In this document: in pieces, positions 42,542-47,078 of the stretch
Position numbering within the stretch: position 1 is the stretch's first letter
Layout: each line of letters starts with the position of its first letter
Origin: Methanobacteriota archaeon
Lineage (GTDB): Archaea > Methanobacteriota_B > Thermococci > Methanofastidiosales > B48-G16
Direction of reading: 5' to 3'
Length of the DNA stretch: 47,078 nt
Assembly (NCBI GenBank): GCA_034659995.1
Contig: JAYEIH010000085.1
Coordinates: forward strand, 1 to 47,078
The notes under the pieces: generated by a model
Seen by the model: the letters and a program-made list of their open reading frames with translations, nothing else
Databases searched by the model: none
What the model was told of the DNA's origin: nothing
Position numbers and translations under genes: made by a program

Positions 42542-45500
42542 GTTTTAGGTTTTCTTGGAAGTCCACCGCGTCTTTTAGGCTTGGATTTAAGTTTTGGTTT
42601 CTTCTCTTCCTCTTTGAAAGGCATTTTTCTTTTTGGAATCTCCGGTGTGATCCTCTTTGTTTTCACAAGGTAAAACAGGACAGCTACAATAAGTATCACC
42701 ACAGCCACAACATAATGCCATAACGGCCTTCCGGGCTTTGAAACTTCTTCTTTTGAGATTTCAGTGGATTCCTCTATAGTTTGGCCTGCAGCCACAGTTT
42801 TCGTAAATGATTTATCTGCAAATCCTGCCTTTGTAAGTCGTATCTGGTGTTCTCCCACCGGAATGTCCTCCATCGTAACTGTGCCATTCTCATCGGTTTC
42901 ACCCTTCATCTCATTATCGACAAAGATATTTACGTTCGGGACGGGATTTCCTTCATCGTCTGTAACAGTTACCTTCAGACCTCCCGTTTCGGGCGGAGGC
43001 GGTGTGGTAGTCGTACTCTCAGCAGTGAGTACCACATTCTTCGAGACAGTTTTTCCTCCAAAGACATCCACAGTTCCCGTTCCTTTCTCATATCCTTCGA
43101 GAGATGCTTCTACGGTATAACTGCCGCCAATCAGCTGGAATGTAACTTCACCATTCTCTGCGGTCTTCTCCTCTATGAGCTCATCTCCGCGCAAAACCCT
43201 GACTGCTGCATTGAGCTTGTTCCCATCACCGTCCTGTACCACCACAGTAAGTGAACCTTTCTGGGTCTCTATTTGCAGTGTCTCCAGATTGTACCTCTCC
43301 TGAGGCTTAACAGAGAACACACTGGATATGAATGTTTTGTATCCCTGTAACTCTATTTTGACATAGTAACTTCCGGGAGGAACATCTCCGAGAGTGAACC
43401 CTTTGTTAGCAGAAGTCACCTCGCCAACAAGTTCGTCAGACTGTGTATATAGCTTCACACTGGCTCCAACTACTACATTTCCAATCTCATTGGAGACCAC
43501 ACCGTACACAGACCCTGCGTTCGTTATTGTGATTGGGTTTGTCTTTGGATTATCGATCGTCTGGCTGAGAACTACCTTCACCTTCTGGTCCTCATAGCCC
43601 ACAACACCAACCTCGTACTCATGACCTGTTTCCACCTCCATCTTAAACTCTCCGGTAGAGCTGTTAGGAGTAGCTGTTTTGTATGAAGATGTCTTACCGT
43701 CCTGATATGCAACCGCCTGATAAGGCACGCTGCCATCGCCAAAATGGATAGTCCCTACAATAAGATCGTATCCCGCCTTGTAGAGCTTAACCGTCCTCTC
43801 TGTGTCCGAACCTACCGTAATGACCTTCGTATATCCTGCTCCTGTCCCATCATCGTACCCCTCCTTTTCAACTCGCACATTGTATGTTCCCGGCTGCAAT
43901 GTGAACATAGCTTTTCCTTGCGCATCCGTAGTTTTCTCCGGCAGTTCTTCCACTTTAATATTTGCACCACTTAGATGAGCTTCTTCAAAGGCATCAACAA
44001 CGGTAAAACTCAGGTTGTACCTGGATTTTATGGTGGCGGTGAATGTATTATCTCCTGTAACATTTACGGTTTTTGTATAGGTAGAGAATCCGGATTTCTC
44101 AACTTCCAGTGTGTAGCTTCCACTCTCAAGATCGGTAAATATCACTTTCCCCTGCGAGTTTGTGGTATCGCTCATTGAAGCTCCGACCGAGGGACTGAGT
44201 TTCACCTCCGCACCTTCTATCTTACTGCCATCTCCATCCTCCACAATGATTGTAACATCATTCTTTTTTGTTGAGGTAAGCGTCACCGGGATCGTTGTAT
44301 TTCCTGTTATATCATATACATCGGAGTAAGATGTGTACTCTTCTTTTGAAACGGTAAGACTGTAGCTCCCATTCGGTACATTCTCAAAGATAGCTCTTCC
44401 TTCTGAGTTACTGGACATCGCAAAGGGACCCAGCTGCACGGCTGCGTTTGCTATTTCGTCTCCTACTGAGGATTTTGCAACGATTGTTACCGTGTTCTGT
44501 CCGGGAACGTTGATTATGGCTATCAGAGAGTCTGAATACTCACTCTCATTTCCCGCCTTATCGACAGCTTTGACCCTCCAGAAGTAGGTGTCGTTCTCCA
44601 GACTTACCGTGGGTGTGTAATAAGAAACATAGAGGTCCGTTGCTGTGGCGGCATCTGAGAACACGCTGTCAGTAGCATACTGGAATGTATACTTTTCCAC
44701 GCCTGAGCCTGTATCTGAGGCAGATGGCCACTGGAACTTCGGTGTGTTGTCCTCTACTACCTCCCCATTGGACGGCGACCAACCCGTACCAAGACTCGGC
44801 ATGGTGGGTGGTGTTTTATCGATTATAACAGACCATTCGTCAGACCACCCACTCTCTATATCCTTAGAATTTCTGCACTTAACTCTCCACTTATACTCAC
44901 TTTCGTCCAGAGGCGAACCAACGGTGTAGCTTGTATTTGTACTCCCTATGAGTGTTTTTTCCTCCCAGGTACTGGCTGTGGTCTTTTTGTACTGTAACGT
45001 ATAAGACGAAGCCTCTGTAACAGTCTCCCAGCCGAACGCAGGTGTTGTATCCTGTATTGCTGAGTTATCGGAAGGAGAGGTAAGTACAGGTGTATCCGGT
45101 GCCACAGCACCAATGGTAAACTTAAAATAGTCCGAGTAGGGTCCACCATCCGCAGAGACCTGCCAGTAATAGGTGCCATCCTCGAGGGCGGAGGTCATCG
45201 TATATGTAACATTTGGGCCTCCTGTGTTAAATTCTGAGATAATATTATATGTACTCTCGGGTGGGAACGAGGAAGAAGGAGATATCTGTAATTTATAGGA
45301 ACTTGCACTGCCAATCTCCGTAAACTCAAATGTGGGCGTTGAATCCGTGATCTCAGCATTATTCTCCGGAGATATAAGATTCGGAATACTCTGGTCGACT
45401 TCAAGGGCGTAGTAATCCGAGTATCCGGAAGAAATATCTGTCTTTACCCTCCAGTAATATATGCCATTGGAAAGACTTTCACTGGATTCAAGTTCATACT

Positions 45501-46422
45501 CCGTAGCACTCATAGTTTTTTGGAGCACTATAGTCCCAAACCCAGAATCTTCAGCTATCTGCAGAGTATAACCCGCTGCATACGGTACCGAGTCCCAGTT
45601 AAATAGAGGGGTAGGATCATTTGTCATTGTATTATCCGACGGTGATACGAGATCGGGGACGGGAGACACATCGAAACTTCGTACTGTGGACGCGGAACTC
45701 ATGTTTCCGGCGTTATCCACAGCATAAACCCTCCAATAATATGTATCCTCACTTAGCTGCTCGCTTGCCTCGATTGAGTAGGACGTATTCGTAAGATCTG
45801 CCTTTGTTATCGTTCCAGGACCTATAAAATCATCATCCGGGGAAACCTGGAGTGTATAACTCTTAATTCCTGAACCAGAGTCAGATACGGCATTCCATTC
45901 CAGTGTAGGCCTGACATCATCTATTGTTGCCCCATTTGCCGGTGACTGAAGTGATGGCGAAGAGGGTTTTTGGGTATCGTAAGTAATGGTAAACTGCTTT
46001 GAGTCCGTAGCACTGACCGTATCCTTTGTCACCACTCTCATTTTCGCCGTCTCGCCCGAACTATCGAAATTCGCAACTTTGGCACTTATAGTAATAGTAA
46101 GTGTTTCTCCGGCCTCAATATTATAACCAGATGTATTCGGCGTTCCCGTTACAGAGAGATGATTGCTTGCGATGGTGAAATTCCAGTTGGGCGCATCGAC
46201 GATGTTATAGTAAAATTGTCTGTCTCCATCCCCTGAGACATTTGTAAGCTGTATCTCATTAATGGGATCTCCAGAGGTGTTATAGATCGTCACGGAGTAG
46301 GTCACATAGTTGTTCGTAGTTACGGCTTCAGGGCTTATCATTACATTGCTCAAATGACCTGCACTGAGAAATGTCAGAGATGACAAAACAATAAAAATCA
46401 AAAAGATGCCCTTTTTATTCAT
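42538..46422 (-). CDS. Giant (1294 aa) secreted, C-terminally membrane-anchored surface protein with two repeat families
   Basis: Signal peptide MNKKGIFLIFIVLSSLTFLSAG. Five ~95-aa Ig/FN3-like repeats each carry Y(Y/F/K)W(R/Q)V. About seven ~85-aa repeats resemble carboxypeptidase-regulatory (prealbumin-fold) domains (GAEVKL...TTNSQGKVIFTDLESGSYTLEVEKSGF). A TTTPPPP linker, a C-terminal TM helix (WHYVVAVVILIVAVLFYLV) and a K/R/P-rich tail follow. Confidence 0.8.
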   Translation of the reverse strand: MNKKGIFLIFIVLSSLTFLSAGHLSNVMISPEAVTTNNYVTYSVTIYNTSGDPINEIQLTNVSGDGDRQFYYNIVDAPNWNFTIASNHLSVTGTPNTSGYNIEAGETLTITISAKVANFDSSGETAKMRVVTKDTVSATDSKQFTITYDTQKPSSPSLQSPANGATIDDVRPTLEWNAVSDSGSGIKSYTLQVSPDDDFIGPGTITKADLTNTSYSIEASEQLSEDTYYWRVYAVDNAGNMSSASTVRSFDVSPVPDLVSPSDNTMTNDPTPLFNWDSVPYAAGYTLQIAEDSGFGTIVLQKTMSATEYELESSESLSNGIYYWRVKTDISSGYSDYYALEVDQSIPNLISPENNAEITDSTPTFEFTEIGSASSYKLQISPSSSFPPESTYNIISEFNTGGPNVTYTMTSALEDGTYYWQVSADGGPYSDYFKFTIGAVAPDTPVLTSPSDNSAIQDTTPAFGWETVTEASSYTLQYKKTTASTWEEKTLIGSTNTSYTVGSPLDESEYKWRVKCRNSKDIESGWSDEWSVIIDKTPPTMPSLGTGWSPSNGEVVEDNTPKFQWPSASDTGSGVEKYTFQYATDSVFSDAATATDLYVSYYTPTVSLENDTYFWRVKAVDKAGNESEYSDSLIAIINVPGQNTVTIVAKSSVGDEIANAAVQLGPFAMSSNSEGRAIFENVPNGSYSLTVSKEEYTSYSDVYDITGNTTIPVTLTSTKKNDVTIIVEDGDGSKIEGAEVKLSPSVGASMSDTTNSQGKVIFTDLESGSYTLEVEKSGFSTYTKTVNVTGDNTFTATIKSRYNLSFTVVDAFEEAHLSGANIKVEELPEKTTDAQGKAMFTLQPGTYNVRVEKEGYDDGTGAGYTKVITVGSDTERTVKLYKAGYDLIVGTIHFGDGSVPYQAVAYQDGKTSSYKTATPNSSTGEFKMEVETGHEYEVGVVGYEDQKVKVVLSQTIDNPKTNPITITNAGSVYGVVSNEIGNVVVGASVKLYTQSDELVGEVTSANKGFTLGDVPPGSYYVKIELQGYKTFISSVFSVKPQERYNLETLQIETQKGSLTVVVQDGDGNKLNAAVRVLRGDELIEEKTAENGEVTFQLIGGSYTVEASLEGYEKGTGTVDVFGGKTVSKNVVLTAESTTTTPPPPETGGLKVTVTDDEGNPVPNVNIFVDNEMKGETDENGTVTMEDIPVGEHQIRLTKAGFADKSFTKTVAAGQTIEESTEISKEEVSKPGRPLWHYVVAVVILIVAVLFYLVKTKRITPEIPKRKMPFKEEEKKPKLKSKPKRRGGLPRKPKT

Positions 46423-46556
46423 AATTTTTCCTCCTCCATTCTCTTAACAACTTTTTCGAGAAACTCCTGCCAGTTTTTGGCACGAAGTTTACCTTTAAGT
46501 TCTACCGCCTTAAAGTATAACTCATCCGGGATATTCTTGAATGTTATGTTTTTCAT
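46419..46556 (-). CDS. 45-aa ribbon-helix-helix-like micro-protein, translationally coupled to the giant surface protein gene
   Basis: Hand translation gives MKNITFKNIPDELYFKAVELKGKLRAKNWQEFLEKVVKRMEEEKL. ITFKNIPDELY... is the beta-strand/helix-1 pattern of RHH (FitA/VapB/Arc-like) proteins. A GGTGG Shine-Dalgarno precedes it, and its TGA overlaps the downstream ATG (ATGA). It is below the ORF-track cutoff. Confidence 0.55.
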   Translation of the reverse strand: MKNITFKNIPDELYFKAVELKGKLRAKNWQEFLEKVVKRMEEEKL

Positions 46557-46627
46557 ACATTTCCACCTTTGCTTTAAATACCGTATATCATATCAATATT
46601 GTTTATCCTTTAAATAGTTTTCGGTCG

Positions 46628-47053
46628 TCAGTGTTGATTATCAGTGATATTGGGTTTAGATTCAAAACGTTGTATAACTATATGGGCCGATGTTTCTTCA
46701 ACACCCTCTATCAAATTTATCTCATTAAGTGTTCTGTCAAGCTGGGACTCATTTATGATCACTATGGCATCCAACTCTCCGGTAACTCTAAATATCTTGG
46801 CAAAATCGATCTTTTTCAGTTTTTCGAAGGCCTCGTTTCTCAAATTTGGTTTTATCTTAACAAAAATATATGATTTTCCGTCATCTTTTTCCAGATATTT
46901 TATTGCATCTTCTGTTAGATCAACAAATTTCCTACCTGTTCTTATAAAATTAAGTTTTTTTAATTCTCTCAAATGATTATTCAAGGCCTGTCTTGTAATA
47001 CCTAACTCATTGGATATCTCTTTCTGTGATTTTTTTACAGTGTGAATACTCAT
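46628..47053 (-). CDS. Lrp/AsnC-like regulator (HTH + RAM-like ligand domain); the 5' end may lie beyond the window
   Basis: SQKEISNELGITRQALNNHLRELKKLNFI is an HTH. YIFVKIKPNLRNEAFEKLKKIDFAKIFRVTGELDAIVIINESQ...IEGVEETSAHIVI is an AsnC-type alpha/beta domain. The frame stays open from 47053 to the window edge at 47078. Confidence 0.7.
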   Translation of the reverse strand: MSIHTVKKSQKEISNELGITRQALNNHLRELKKLNFIRTGRKFVDLTEDAIKYLEKDDGKSYIFVKIKPNLRNEAFEKLKKIDFAKIFRVTGELDAIVIINESQLDRTLNEINLIEGVEETSAHIVIQRFESKPNITDNQH

Positions 47054-47078
47054 TTTCTGGCTTTCCTCATACAGCTTC

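Overview
AT-rich archaeal chromosome segment, roughly 40% G+C by eye. The gene order is euryarchaeal in style, but I cannot name the organism. About 60% of the window is one minus-strand core block. It runs uL3-uL4-uL23-uL2-uS19-uL22-uS3-uL29-SUI1-Rpp29-uS17-uL14-uL24-eS4-uL5-uS14-uS8-uL6-eL32-eL19-uL18-uS5-uL30-uL15-SecY-DUF106-eL34-Cmk-eL14-Cbf5-tRNA-Ser-uS13-uS4-uS11-RpoD-tRNA-Leu (35.0 kb down to 17.2 kb). Flanking housekeeping genes are uL16/L10e, AlaRS, PurE, PurA, BioY, TrmO, and Dph2-Csl4-RpoL.

The parts worth a second look are these. (1) A heat-shock module has a wHTH regulator and cdc48 divergent from hsp20 and a CBS x4 protein whose C-terminus looks like a bacterial HPF/RaiA ribosome-hibernation domain. 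(2) rpoD has no stop codon of its own and reads 33 nt into tRNA-Leu. (3) A ~5.3 kb accessory mosaic (11.9-17.2 kb) sits where L18e-uL13-uS9-RpoN-RpoK normally follow. It holds G+C-richer trkH/trkA/mgtC, an RHH-RelE pair, a coiled-coil/NERD gene and two gene-free stretches, and it contains every frame disruption seen in the window. (4) A divergent ArsR/DUF4097 pair shares a SHOCT-like helix. (5) A 116-aa RNase III-like protein follows csl4-rpoL. (6) An Lrp-like regulator and a 45-aa RHH micro-ORF precede a 1294-aa surface protein, and the micro-ORF stop overlaps the surface protein start (ATGA).

No CRISPR array, rRNA, transposase or integrase is visible. All family assignments come from reading motifs in the translations; no database search was run.
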